Shown here: one piece after another, positions 1 through 13,197 of the stretch
Position numbering within the stretch: the first letter of the stretch is position 1
Layout of the letters: the number at the start of each line of letters is the position of its first letter
NCBI RefSeq assembly: GCF_001194135.2
Contig: NC_068984.1
Coordinates: 136,123,676 to 136,187,675, forward strand
Direction: 5' to 3'
Origin: Octopus bimaculoides
Lineage: Eukaryota
Length of the DNA stretch: 64,000 nt
Notes under the pieces: generated by a model
The model's input: the letters and a program-made list of their open reading frames with translations, nothing else
Told to the model about the DNA's origin: nothing
Databases searched by the model: none
Translations under genes and position numbers: made by a program

Positions 1-74
1 CTACCTACCTATCTATCTATCTATTTATTATTTATCTTTTGTTTCATATACATACATACATATATGGACTACCC

Positions 75-930
75 TACCTAAACAGAAGCTTGGAAGAGAA
101 TCAGGCATTATACCAGCAAAAAGCAGGGCATGGGTACGCATCATGTGAGCTAGAGGGCAATAACATCATTGATAGAAAGAGTAGACTCCCCGGAACCACT
201 GATAGGTGCATTACATTCTACCTAATAGGATATATCTTCTCCATCTTGGAACAGGAGATAGCTACTAACGTGATAAAGAAATGGGGCAGAGATACCACCT
301 TCCTGTGATAATACATGTTGGCTCTGTTATACCAATGTGAAAGATATTACCCACGTCATCAGCAGCTGTCCAAAGATCTCTACGAGAGACTATCCGCTCC
401 TGAAACATTACATAGTTGCGATGATTATTTACAACGCTAGCCGCAGGAAGGCCAACCCTATCATATACATCAAAGGCGTTTCAAAATCAGCAGGTATTCA
501 CACCTTTAAAAAAAACACAAGGAATACTGGTGGAACACTCCAATAAATACAACAATTCAGTGCTAACGTAACAGACCTGTTATTGTTCTGTGGAACATGG
601 AAGAAAAGTCATGCGCTGTTGTAGAGGTCAGCCGTCGTGCTGATGTGAGTGTGCAATCAAAAGTTCAGGGAAAAGAAAACATTTATGATGAATTCATGCG
701 GAACTTACAGCTCTTCTACCCTGGCTAGGAATTCTCATTTATTTCTATCATCACAATGCATTAGGCTGTGTACAAACAAATTTATAAAATTCAAGAAAAT
801 TACATATTAGTGGGTTTTACGAAGAAAGAGCAAAAAAAAAAAAACCTGAAGCGGATTCTCCAAAATCCAATCTATTTGTGACACAGTGAAGTTTTGAAAG
901 ACAATCGCAAATTTCTCCATGTGAGATTCT
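75..930 (+). mobile_element. Decayed 3' end of an RLE-type non-LTR retrotransposon (R2 group: R4/Dong/CRE/NeSL-like)
   Basis: Manual translation across frameshifts gives GYIFSILEQEIAT (late RT/thumb region), then DITHVISSCPKISTRDY (CCHC knuckle remnant). At 528-728 it gives WWNTPINTTIQC*RNRPVIVLWNMEEKSCAVVEVS...KENIY, matching the RPD...(D/E)xS/K restriction-like endonuclease layout with PD mutated to PV. Several stops are present. Confidence 0.75.
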
Positions 931-1010
931 TCATGTGAATAGATGCACACACTTGGGTGTGTGTGTGCATTGACAGCTCAACCATATATTTACAAACACC
1001 GGAAAACCTC

Positions 1011-1019
1011 TGTGTGTGT

Positions 1020-1101
<82 letters not shown>
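1011..1101. repeat. (GT)n microsatellite immediately 3' of the RLE LINE remnant
   Basis: About 40 pure GT units at 1022-1101. Confidence 0.98.
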
Positions 1102-1102
<1 letters not shown>

Positions 1103-2769
1103 AGTGTGTAAACATCTGTTGTTTTCAAATAGAACTTCATGACTCTGTTGCTGGCAGTATAGAAGAAAGTAATGCAATTTTGCTAAGTGAATCGACAATA
1201 TCGTCCTACATCCAAATTTGTAGTCATGGGACAATATAATATATTTTGTGTAAATGCATGAACAAACAAGATTCTTTTACAATGTTTTATGTCACCAAGT
1301 ATTCTTGTATAAGCATTCATTGCCTTCATTTTACAATGCATCCCGAAAATACATCTTATGACTAACACCTAATATCGAATGATTCGCAGGTACACGCACA
1401 CGTTGACAAATCTACTGAAATGTTCTTTCGCAAAAATGTATGTATATATCTACGTTTGTTCGAGTACGTGAGTGCATGTGTGTGTTTGAAGGCGTTCTAA
1501 TACGTATGTATGAAGATGTGTAACAAAATTACGTAATACAGTTTAATGCAGAAGACAATATACACGGTAGTAGGACATCTCTAACAATAAATCTATTAAT
1601 CTAGCACTCAGTCTATAACATACTTGGTACAATTTGTTTTCAAATGCTGTCGTCTAATAGAAATCTTGTTAAAGTCGATGTTATTGTCTTCCGGAAATAA
1701 TTCGGAATTGATTTCAATCTGACAGTGTTTTAAAAACTTTTTTGTTGTAGTTGACGTTGTTATTACTGTTTTTTATTGTTTGTTTTGTTTGTTTCATTGT
1801 ATTCTCTCTTTTTTTCTGTTCTAAAGATCGTGTTTGATATTCACTGATTATTCGATAAAGTTCACAAACGTCAAAGGACATTTTTAAAGCGGAAGTTTAA
1901 AACAGATGTGATATCTGCGATAGCTTTCGACGTGTTGTTATACTAATCGATAAACGTGAAACAAATGGCAACTCGAATTAATTTCTAGTTTACGTAATTC
2001 ATTTTTTGAACTTACTTCAGGCATTGCTATAATATAATATAACGTTACGATTTGAAATATAATGTTCTTATTAGTCAGGCCTGGTGGGTTGCTCGAGGTT
2101 TTGTTTTGTTTCTCCCATTATATCGATAAATAGTTTTATGAGGAGATAGCAAGCGTGGAAATGTTTCTACAAGAAGACAGTTCACTCAGTGAAATTCGTC
2201 TTCAAAAATTTGTTTCCTGAAAACTCAGAGCTGGGGTCTCAAAAATGGATTTTGTTTTCTGGTCTTGTACCAGATGTAGTCGTACTAACGTGTAGCCAGG
2301 AAGATTTGAACCAATAGTAGTTATCAATTTTCTTGACTTTGAGAGAAGTATGAAAATCCGTTTGGTCAACATATACGTACCTTTATTTCAATACAATTAT
2401 AGGTACAGCTTGGTTATTAACCTGCAACTGTCGGTGAACGGAAAGTGCTAATATACGTATTTAGTGTTTTCTAGACGTTTGGGTGTTTATTTTCATGTAT
2501 TTGTCTCAGAAATGTGTAGCTCAATATCAAGTGCAATGATGAGTCCAAAACGAGAACATGGAGCAAGCAGGGTTAAATAGACCGTAAAACAACCGAAAGA
2601 CTTTTAGCAAAAGCGATTCACACTATTCGTAAGATGGATTCACCTGTTGAAGTGTAACAGCACTATGATACAATATTTAAAATTTACCAAGTAGACACCA
2701 GCTGGGACAAAATTACATATTTAATGTTTGGAATGGGTTACTGTGATAATTCTTCGTAAAATATTTCTG

Positions 2770-3000
2770 ATATTTAGTTCGAAGTTGAGCAAAGCAATGT
2801 GATGTGATATAAGTATACAAGAATTGGCAATTGTTTCCGTGTAGCCGACCGCATGAGACATGGTTTTTTGTCAGGTGGACCACTGTACTACAAAAGTTCA
2901 CGATAATTTTTCATTGGGCATGCCATTCAGAGAATGCTTTGTCCATGACTAGTTTAGAATATCAAAATGTATGTGCTATGAAAATGGTGATAAGCACAGT
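2770..3000 (+). mobile_element. Degenerate LINE reverse-transcriptase fragment (CR1/L2-like)
   Basis: RHGFLSGG at 2856-2879. After a frameshift the sequence reads TTVLQKFTIIFHW...TSLEYQNVCAM, aligning loosely with the QHGFxxGRSTxxQL...W...YLDFxKAFD block. Aligned by eye only. Confidence 0.45.
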
Positions 3001-5570
3001 AATTGGGTATCAGGTGATCATTAATGAGAGATGGTTAACTATTTCTAAATCAAAATCTATACCTACATTCTAACCAATCATGACTAGACTTCTTCAATTA
3101 CATTTTTTAAGGTATATTTTATCTATTAGTTGCCCATCAATAACTGTCATTGCAATACGTAATAAATACTTAATGTGATATTTCACGACTTCCTTTAACT
3201 GCACTTAACATTAACAGATATGTCACCGAGAAAATTAAATTTAGATATATTACAATGTTCAAAAAGATAATATCAATCATTTCTCTACAGAAATAATATT
3301 ACCAAATTGATTAACACGATAGTCAGTGTTCTAGTGAGTAGGAATATATAACATAATTTTATAATTTAAAGAAACTGATAAATTTGGTTAAACAGAAATA
3401 TAGCAATTTTCCAGTCGTTTTTATGACAAACAGACAAATTATCTATAATTATATTCATTAAAATATTTCCAGCTGAATTATTCTAAAACATAACTAAATT
3501 CGTCTGTTCCTTATCTTTTGTTAATTGAATTAGACTATTCCTAAGAAATCGTGCATACAATAAATATGAAGTATACATTTTACGAAACAATTCAATATAC
3601 AGAATGAAACAAAACTTCTTCAGGTTAAGTAAAACGTGAGATTGTTTCTTAATCTGATTTCCAACCCTAACGCATTCAATATTATTCTACAGATATTCAA
3701 AAATGTCGACCTATTTCTTCTCCCAATTGTATTAGATATGAATGTATTTTTCTCGTAAATACACTAAGGCTGTGTTGGTATAACTCGAAATGTGTGCGGA
3801 ATGTTAGAAAAGGCTCCTATCTCTGAGAAGAATTTATCTTATTTCGTTAGTTATTTGCCAATGTATTTAACAGTTATAGCGCATCCATATTTTAACTTAA
3901 TTCTATGAGTATATTTTCTTTCTATCTCATACCTGTTATTACTTCCTAACAGTACTATCTGATGAATGCCAGGTATTGATACAGAATTACACCAACTTCA
4001 GCATTCGACACTCAGAAGAAGAGAGATTGGTTCAATTCTATTTTCAACCTATTTTCATGAACGTTGCATAATGACTGAATGAGTGCGATCGCAAGTAGAA
4101 ACGGCCAGAACAGGGTTCCCTCTGATGGTTCTCTGGAGTAACGTTAGTCGACAGGGTGCTTATCTTGGAGATCAAAGAATCTTCTCAGGTCGAACCACTG
4201 CTTGCTTGCATATTGAGATCTCACAGCTGCAGTAGTACAAATATGTGATTAGAATACCGTATGAAAGGATTGCAAGACGAAACCGCCAAGCCTGTCGAAA
4301 CGACTGACAAGGGAATTAAGGTTAAACCTGGAGCAATACGGTTGTATAACATACATGGTCACTGCTGGTGATGCGTGGGAATGCAGCAGCATATTGTAAT
4401 AGCAGCTGATTCTGAAAGAACCAGATATAGGAAGATTGAGATACAGAAAAAAAGGACGGAAATGTTTCTATGTAGATTAATTCAGTAATATTGATGCAAT
4501 GATAAAACATCTTTTAGCTCGAGGAAATAATCCTATTTAACATAGCGTCTAATTCAGCAATATCAACGGGTTCTTGGATACTTTTAGTAAATTCCGAATA
4601 TTGCAAGCATTCAGGGCCACAACTTCAGCTTCTGAATTAAGCAATCTATTGACGCACAAATTGCAGCAATATTTTCTCTTGATAATGACTCTGCTTTGCA
4701 AAAGATATCATTGGAAAATTATGGCCGGTGGAGGCCAGCTAATAAATAGTGCAGAATAATGAAACTAAAAATAATATGACAATGAGCCCTCGATGCGTAG
4801 CATGTAATCGCATATGCTCACCAATTCGTAACTAACGTTCGTTCCAAATCAGTGATATATCTCCCGAAACTCATCTGCTCTCTTTAATCTCTAGCTTAGA
4901 TAGCTGAACAGTAATTGAATCCATTACGCAGATAAAAGACACAGCATTACCCAAGTAAATTATGAAAAGAACTAATCGAAAGATAAGATTCGATCAGTTT
5001 TCAAAATCTAGTTGCTCGTTCCCCAAACCACAAAAATGTTCAACCCATATCCTATATATATTCATATATCGCACAAATCCGCACAACAATATTTACTCTT
5101 CTTGCAAGCACAAATATTTCATAGTGTATCCTTACCATAAAATAACTTTGCTATCAGATTACAATGCGTAATATAACTTTATCATTCACTCACCAATGGT
5201 CTACACAGCCTAACACTCAAATTTATCATCCACACACTAGTAGTAACTGCTACTGTTTATGCAGTCTGTAATCGGCTCAAACTTCTCAAACAACAGGCTA
5301 TTATGTAATCAATATTTGAACCTTCATTGAAGAAGTTTATATCCCTGAATTCATAAACACAACCAAATACCCTTTTGTTTCCAACTCGATCCTCAATGAT
5401 ACTGTGGTAGAGATAAAAGAATCTGCTTATTTCCAACTAATAACGCCGGTAACTGCATATTGATAGGATCCTTAATGTTCTTGTTATCGACTGAATAAGT
5501 ACCAACTTGACAGTAAGTAGACTACTACAAAAACACCTTCCTGGCAAATAAGCTTAATGGATGCCAGCAC

Positions 5571-5605
<35 letters not shown>

Positions 5606-6139
5606 NNNNNNNNNNNNNNNNNNNNNNNNNNNNNNNNNNNNNNNNNNNNNNNNNNNNNNNNNNNNNNNNNNNNNNNNNNNNNNNNNNNNNNNNNNNNNNN
5701 NNNNNNNNNNNNNNNNNNNNNNNNNNNNNNNNNNNNNNNNNNNNNNNNNNNNNNNNNNNNNNNNNNNNNNNNNNNNNNNNNNNNNNNNNNNNNNNNNNNN
5801 NNNNNNNNNNNNNNNNNNNNNNNNNNNNNNNNNNNNNNNNNNNNNNNNNNNNNNNNNNNNNNNNNNNNNNNNNNNNNNNNNNNNNNNNNNNNNNNNNNNN
5901 NNNNNNNNNNNNNNNNNNNNNNNNNNNNNNNNNNNNNNNNNNNNNNNNNNNNNNNNNNNNNNNNNNNNNNNNNNNNNNNNNNNNNNNNNNNNNATATATA
6001 TATATATAGAAGACTAAGTCCAGCGGGGTTTGAATTCAGAACTACATATATTACGAGTGTAGTGTATTTTGCTATGAATTTAGTCATTCAAATCGCTTAG
6101 TAATATCAATTCTCTGTCTGTGTACAGCCGTCAAAAGCC

Positions 6140-6260
6140 TACGTAGTAGGATGTTGTGCGCTATAAATTACGGTATATATTTGCAGTCTGCTAGGTTTTC
6201 AGTTCAAATTTAGAAAGGTAACTTTTGGGCTTCCAAATGTTCTTGACTGTTAAAAAGAGA
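6140..6260 (+). mobile_element. Highly decayed copy of SINE family 1
   Basis: The sequence ttttcagttcaaattt resembles the family's ttctgagttcaaattcc B-box region. The flanks match weakly. Confidence 0.3.
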
Positions 6261-6352
6261 ACATTCACATACTGAGATCGATATAATCAATTGCTCGTTT
6301 TCTCTGCAAACAAAAAATATGGTCATGTTCTTAAAGAAATCAATATCGAATG

Positions 6353-6480
6353 TGTTGGATTGGCAGAATCGATAGTGTACCAGACAAAATTGCTTTCCGG
6401 TATTTGGTTTTGTCTATTTACGTTCTATGGTCATATCCTATCGGACATTAAATTGCCTTTCATCCTTCTGGGGTCATATC
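6353..6480 (+). mobile_element. SINE family 1 (tRNA-derived head), diverged copy
   Basis: tggcagaatcg (A-box-like)...ggtatttgg...tttacgttct...tgcctttcatccttctggggtc matches the reverse complement of the copies at 6776-6990 and 11377-11484. Confidence 0.65.
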
Positions 6481-6775
6481 TGAAATATCTCTAACATACC
6501 AGAGTTGATTCCCTTTTCAACAAAATGGCAATCCTGTATCAAAGTAATACACGACCATTAATGAAAGTCTGTATATAATTTGCTAACAATAATAGTTATT
6601 TAGTGAAGCATACATTTATCTAAATTTTCCATTTACTTCTTAATTTTTAAACAATTGCCTTCGTCTTTTCTGTTAGAAACGAATAAGAGTAAATATTTGA
6701 AATAAAATTATTCTTTATACTTTTGTCTTTATTTCATTACTAGAACGAAATCAATATCAGAAGACCGGGCTTTAT

Positions 6776-6990
6776 ATACTGGTTTCAAATTTTGGCACAA
6801 GGTAGTATTAATTTGGGGAGAGAGGGTAAGTCGATTACAGCGACCCCATTCAACTGGTACTTACGTTATTGACCCTGAACGGATGAAAGACAAAGTCGAC
6901 CTCACCAGAATTTGAAGAGAGAACGTTAAGACAGACGAAATACCGTTAAGCAATCTGCCCGGCGTGCTAGCGATTCTGCCAGCTCACCGC
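6776..6990 (-). mobile_element. SINE family 1, near full length
   Basis: The reverse complement reads gcggtgagctggcagaatcgctagcacgccgggcagattgcttaacggtatttcgtctgtctt...gaggtcgactttgtctttcatccgttcagggtcaataacgtaagtaccagttg. This has an A-box-like head and recurs elsewhere in the window. Confidence 0.85.
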
Positions 6991-9900
6991 ACTCTGACCA
7001 GTGGATCTGTAACTCCTCATATATCAAACATTACACTAAAAAGATTCTTAGCCACAAACATGGCTTTTTATAATTTTATTATGGGTAAGAATCGAAACAA
7101 TTATATGTAAATTTTATTATTATTATTATTATAAGAGTGTAATATATAATATTATGTTAATAAATTTCAATTTTTGAATTGATAATTTTCTTTTCATTTT
7201 TATAAATTATATATGTGCATGTATATATGTGTGTGTTTGTGTGTTTGCATGTGTATATTCCTGATGGTTTCATAACCAATACATTTAATACTGAATTGCT
7301 AAATGCATATTCAAACATACATGATTCTAGAGACGGATCATAAAAAGAACTGATATATTTAAATATTTATCTAGAAATTATTGAGTACAGTTCCTATTAA
7401 ACAAGCATGTTGATAAAATCAGTTATTATAATATACGCACAGAGAAGTGTTTTGGCATAGTTTCTTCTATTTTTATTTGATCGATTTTATAGATACATAT
7501 TGCTTTGTTTTTTTTAGATTTTGTGCTTATTTGTTTTTGTTCATTGGGTAAGATTATTGGTGAAATCTTTCGCTTTACTAGAAATTCGGTTGTATTCATT
7601 TACAACATGGTCATAAATTTCTTTATTCAGCTAAGTCTTGTTTCCTTGTTACATAAGGAGTAGACGTACCTGGCCGTAATATGTCAACGTCCTTAGAGCG
7701 AAGGTACGGAAAATTACTTAGATCATCGATTTGTCATATGAACTAAGTTTTGCACGTCCTTCATTTTGCACAAGAGACTAAATCATTAACCAAAGCCATT
7801 TATTTTGCACCCCATATCCTTAGTTGTGGGGACAGTATTCTAAGTTCATTCACTCTTCACTGAGAATGTCATCGTAGAGATATAATGTCCTCAAACATAT
7901 CTATTAAAATATATTTTAGATCAATATACCTAAGGTTGTATCGAGAAATTTCGAACTATTACGTATTACTCGAAGATAGTAAAATTGATTATGCATGAAG
8001 GAAAATTTCGTGAAAGCAATAAAGTGATCGTAGACCAGATACGGCCACAAAGTTTATGGCCGCATCTAGCATATGAATCTTTCACCGAACCTATTCTCTA
8101 TCTGATCCATCCGTCACTAGATCGGTGGCATTCTCACAGACAGGTCTATCAAGGAATAATTTGAGAGAGCTATGGTATAACTTTTTGCTGCTATGGATAT
8201 ATACCGAAACCTCGAAAGCATCTTCCAGAGATCATGCCCGTCCTGACTTTTTCAATAGAAAAACCATACGGATTATTTATATCACACCGCTTATATATGA
8301 GCAACATGCAGCTTAAGACCTGAAACATTTTGCTGGCGTAAACGACCCCGTTAAAATAAATAGGATCACATCACTGCGACTGGTCTTTCGTATCTGAGCT
8401 ACAGCTTCTAAAATTTACTGACATACTACAAATCTTAGTGGCAACAGGCAATAGCGTATCTATTTAATATATGGAGTAGGGCTGCTTCTCCACGAACAAG
8501 CATCGTAAAATAGCTTCCACAATAAAGCTATTCCTCTAATTGGCATCTTGTCATTTACTAACACAGTCTCGTTTATGTGCCACAGGCGTGCTGTCCACAT
8601 TCTTTGCATTCTCACCGCTAATCGCCTACCATGTGGCTTCATTTACTAGTTCTTTTTTTATTATTTCATTTATTTGTAATCTTCTTTTCTTTTATTGTTT
8701 CTCCTCGTCATCCCTCTTCTTTTTCACTTTCCGAAAAAGGCCAATTTCCTAAACGTTATAGCCATTAAAACTTACCCTTCTCTCGGATATTAAATGATAA
8801 CATTTATTGTGTACTCATTCCATATTTGTGCTGCTTGTACTCTGCTTTTGTTCTTCGCCACACACGCAAACACAAACTCATGCATATAAAGAGATGCATA
8901 CATATAATATGTATGCATACATAAAATATAATGTATATATACGTATATACATTCATATAAGTATGAATGTGTATATAGATGTACGGACGCATGCATGTAT
9001 GTATGTACATGTATGTGCCAGTAGCTATAATGATGTGCGTATTGGTGACTTACATATATCGATATAAAAGAATGATTAATATAAAATTCAAATGAATGAA
9101 AGTTTAAAAACAAAAAGCGCTTCGACATTTATATTGCAAAGCGTTAAAATTCAGAGATCTGACTAAGATTTTATCGAAAGAAAAACACAAAACAGACGAC
9201 AGGTTGGTAACTTATGATAATTCTAACTTTTATTTAAATTTAGAATTGTCATAATTTCGCGTCCTGTCATGTGGTTATCCTATGAAATTACACAGAGAGT
9301 AAAAGAAGAATAAAAGAGATCAGAAGCAGCATTACTTTAATATATTTGTCTAAAGGAAATTGGAGGAGGAGCGTAAAATAGGAAATATATCGATAAAATT
9401 AAATAAAATACGAATAAAATATTCTAGAAAACGTCAACGAACCTTTAGAGCGGAAAATAAGAAAAAAATCGAAGAGGAAAAAATATTTAGATATTCATGT
9501 TTGTCTTTTTCTCCATTCAATACACTGTTTCCTCGCAATCACTCACCCTCTATTTCTCTCTCTTTCTGTATATATATATATATATATNNNNNNNNNNNNN
9601 NNNNNNNNNNNNNNNNNNNNNNNNNNNNNNNNNNNNNNNNNNNNNNNNNNNNNNNNNNNNNNNNNNNNNNNNNNNNNNNNNNNNNNNNNNNNNNNNNNNN
9701 NNNNNNNNNNNNNNNNNNNNNNNNNNNNNNNNNNNNNNNNNNNNNNNNNNTATATATATATCCATATATATATCCATATATATTCACATGTACATGATTA
9801 TCTGCACACACACACATATATGCGTGTGTGTGCGAATGTGTGTGTTCTATATTTACTTTTCACAGTGTCTGCTTCTATACGTTTATCTTCTTTTTCTCTA

Positions 9901-11228
9901 TGTATTTATGTTTCTCACACTTACATTCATACTCTCATACATACTCTGTCTCTTTCTCTTTCTCTTCTCACTCCCTAATCCACACACATACAGACATACT
10001 CCTTCTCTCTCTTTTTCTTCCTGTCTTTGTTTGTCCTGTTTAGTCGTTAGAATTACTACGTGAGATTTTATTGATCTCTCATATCAATTCAATGAACGGT
10101 CTTCCTGTTTTTTTCTTTTCTGAATTTTACTTTCATTGACAATTGATATTGTCGCGCCACAATCATGTCTCTTTAGTTTCGATTTTCATGCATTTCTGGA
10201 AACTACTTCACTGAATTCCTTCAGGGACATTTCCTGCAAAAATATGTGGGCGTGTGTGTTTGTATTCATGTGCGTGCATGTGAGCGCACACGTCTGCTCT
10301 CCGCGTGTTTGCTTATAACAGAGAAGATAAAGTTTTTTTTGCTTCCTTTTCCAAGGTATTCCCAGAGAAATGATGCCACCACCTTACCAAACCCATTTAT
10401 TGGATTATTTACCTCTCTCGATTTACTTCATATTTCAATTTCCCGATCGGATGCGCATCTCGCTTTTACTGAACAGGGAACAGCAAGCCATAGCGAAACT
10501 GCAAGCTCAGCACATCTGAAATTTTGTTTAAAAAATGTTAGTTTAGATCAATAAATGTAAACAGTGAAACATTTTCCAAGTGATGTCATATGTAGTTAAA
10601 CCATTATGCGTACCATTTCCCTCCTAGCACGATTTGAACTCTGTCATTCATTAGCGAGCGTATGTCTTTTGTTTGTTTGTTTGCTTGTTTGTTTTTCAGT
10701 TTCTTCCATTAACTCACGTGAGTTATATATATGTTTTCTTCGTCTTTTTTCGTAGATTCTTTTTTTTTTTCGTGTAAAAATAGTGAGTGTTATATGGAAA
10801 ATCTTATTTTGTCATAGCTTGGCGTTAAATTGGGGCAATTAAAAGTGCATACTAGCTCCTTACTTTCATCTATATTAATAACTTTAACTTAGATGGACAG
10901 TCAAAGTATTATTTATCGGAATTAGACACACATAGAATAGTCTGTTTACAGAGAGTAGAATCATTAGTGATGATGTGCTAAGATCGAATACGCTATGGAT
11001 AAAAAATATATCATTTAGGTAATTCACTACGATCGTTATATATGGAGCTGTGCCGTTTGTAGAATCACCATCGTTTGAACAGCATTCTACATGTACGCAA
11101 TATTAAGAACCACATGTCTATAGGAATAGACGTAAGTTTGATAAAACTAATTTGCTTCTAAGTGATTTTTATATAGCAGTGTTTCAACATTAGGGTGTCA
11201 TTCTGATAAAGTTAAAACGTCTGACAAA

Positions 11229-11374
11229 ACGGCTAGCGATATTTCTTCCGGCTGTTTACTTCCCGCCTTGGTCAACTCTGCCTTTCATCATTTCGGAGTC
11301 GATAAAATACATTTCGTAGTCGAAAAAATGCCTAGCGGCATTTCGTCTCTCTTTAAGTTCTGAGTTTAAATTCC
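11229..11374 (+). mobile_element. Two rearranged plus-strand fragments of SINE family 1
   Basis: gccttggtcaactctgcctttcatcatttcggagtcgataaaat (11265-11308) and aaatgcctagcggcatttcgtctctctttaagttctgagtttaaattcc (11326-11374). Confidence 0.75.
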
Positions 11375-11376
11375 TT

Positions 11377-11484
11377 GAAAGGCAAAGTCGACATCGGCGG
11401 AATTTGAACTCAGAACATAAAGACAGACGAAATACCGCTAAGCATTTCGCCCGGCGTGCTAACGTTTCTGCCAGCTCGCCACCT
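11377..11484 (-). mobile_element. SINE family 1, 5' half, low divergence
   Basis: gaaaggcaaagtcgacatcggcggaatttgaactcagaacataaagacagacgaaataccgctaagcatttcgcccggcgtgctaacgtttctgccagctcgcc. The B-box-like GTTCAAATTCC lies on the minus strand. Confidence 0.9.
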
Positions 11485-11725
11485 TTGCTAGTTGTCTTAC
11501 ATTAGTATATAACCACGTCCACAATCATGCCCTCCTGAGGATAACGCTTGTATCAAGTAGCTTTCGTGATCATTACTTAATACAGCGTAAGCTTGAAGTG
11601 CATCAGTGAGGGAGTACATAACGGCTGCATTGTGTTTTCATACGATTTGATCAGGAAGTTAAACAACGCAGATTAGCGTGTTATGTCAAGCTTTGGTTGC
11701 GGGTAAACCATTGGATTCCATATTC

Positions 11726-12668
11726 ATTTATCTTCACTTACTCCTTTTGTCATTAGACTAGAACCATGCAGAGAGCACCTCTGTGTAGGATTTAGTTGAA
11801 CAAATCAACGTAAGTATCTCTTTTTTAAAAATCTCTTTCCTATTCTAGCGGTCGCTTTCAAGTTTTTTTCGAAACGAACAAAGCAATACCCGTTGTCAAG
11901 TGATGTGGGGGGGGGGGGNNNNNNNNNNNNNNNNNNNNNNNNNNNNNNNNNNNNNNNNNNNNNNNNNNNNNNNNNNNNNNNNNNNNNNNNNNNNNNNNNN
12001 NNNNNNNNNNNNNNNNNNNNNNNNNNNNNNNNNNNNNNNNNNNNNNNNNNNNNNNNNNNNNNNNNNNNNNNNNNNNNNNNNNNNNNNNNNNNNNNNNNNN
12101 NNNNNNNNNNNNNNNNNNNNNNNNNNNNNNNNNNNNNNNNNNNNNNNNNNNNNNNNNNNNNNNNNNNNNNNNNNNNNNNNNNNNNNNNNNNNNNNNNNNN
12201 NNNNNNNNNNNNNNNNNNNNNNNNNNNNNNNNNNNNNNNNNNNNNNNNNNNNNNNNNNNNNNNNNNNNNNNNNNNNNNNNNNNNNNNNNNNNNNNNNNNN
12301 NNNNNNNNNNNNNNNNNNNNNNNNNNNNNNNNNNNNNNNNNNNNNNNNNNNNNNNNNNNNNNNNNNNNNNNNNNNNNNNNNNNNNNNNNNNNNNNNNNNN
12401 NNNNNNNNNNNNNNNNNNNNNNNNNNNNNNNNNNNNNNNNNNNNNNNNNNNNNNNNNNNNNNNNNNNNNNNNNNNNNNNNNNNNNNNNNNNNNNNATATA
12501 TATATATAGGATGAGCTTCCACACGGCTTCTGTCTTTCAAGTTCACTCACAAAGACATAGATCTATCTGGGACAATAATAGGCAACGCTTGCCCAAGGTG
12601 CTGAGCAGTGGGACTGAACACGAAACCACGTGGTGACAGGGGAAGCTACTTAATCACACGGCCATGCG
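11726..12668 (-). mobile_element. SINE family 2 spanning an assembly gap
   Basis: The 5' half at 12508-12668 (cttgcccaaggtgctgagcagtgggactgaacacgaaaccacgtgg) and the 3' half at 11726-11918 (gtcattagactagaaccatgcagagagcacc...ttgtcaagtgatgtggggg) match the two halves of the intact copy at 62365-62748. Confidence 0.7.
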
Positions 12669-13125
12669 TTAACCTGTTTATATTTAAGGTGTGACGTTTT
12701 CGTGTGTGTGATAAAGGAATCTGGAGCAACTTCTCCGATGGCATTTAGCATCATAGTTAATATCCATTAAACGTTTCAGTAATATTTTAAAATAGTGAGA
12801 GAAAAAAAAGGTCTTACTTAATAAAATAGAATCTAAATGGCGAATCATAGAACTTGTGTATAAAATTGTATACCCAAAAGAGAAGCCTCTATTACAGCAC
12901 AATGGATTGAGAAACTTGATACAAATACGCATAAATTTATTTATTTATTAAGTAAAAGAACACCTATCGATGCTCATTCCATTAGCGATATTATAAATTC
13001 TAAGCAATGGAACCTCGTTTACAAATTCATCATTTCCATTCCTCTATTAGAAGCAATATCTTATGTTAACGGTTTCCTTCATTTCGAAATCAATTTCCCT
13101 GCTTTCATTATAATTATTCTTATTT

Positions 13126-13127
<2 letters not shown>

Positions 13128-13169
<42 letters not shown>

Positions 13170-13197
13170 ATTATTATTATTATAATTATTATTATTA
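13128..13197. repeat. (ATT)n microsatellite
   Basis: Visible tandem ATT units with a few interruptions. Confidence 0.95.

Noticed and set aside
8125-8316. SSRDHARPDFF as a mariner YSPDLAPSDF remnant
   Set aside because: It is a single loose motif with no supporting upstream or downstream mariner blocks.
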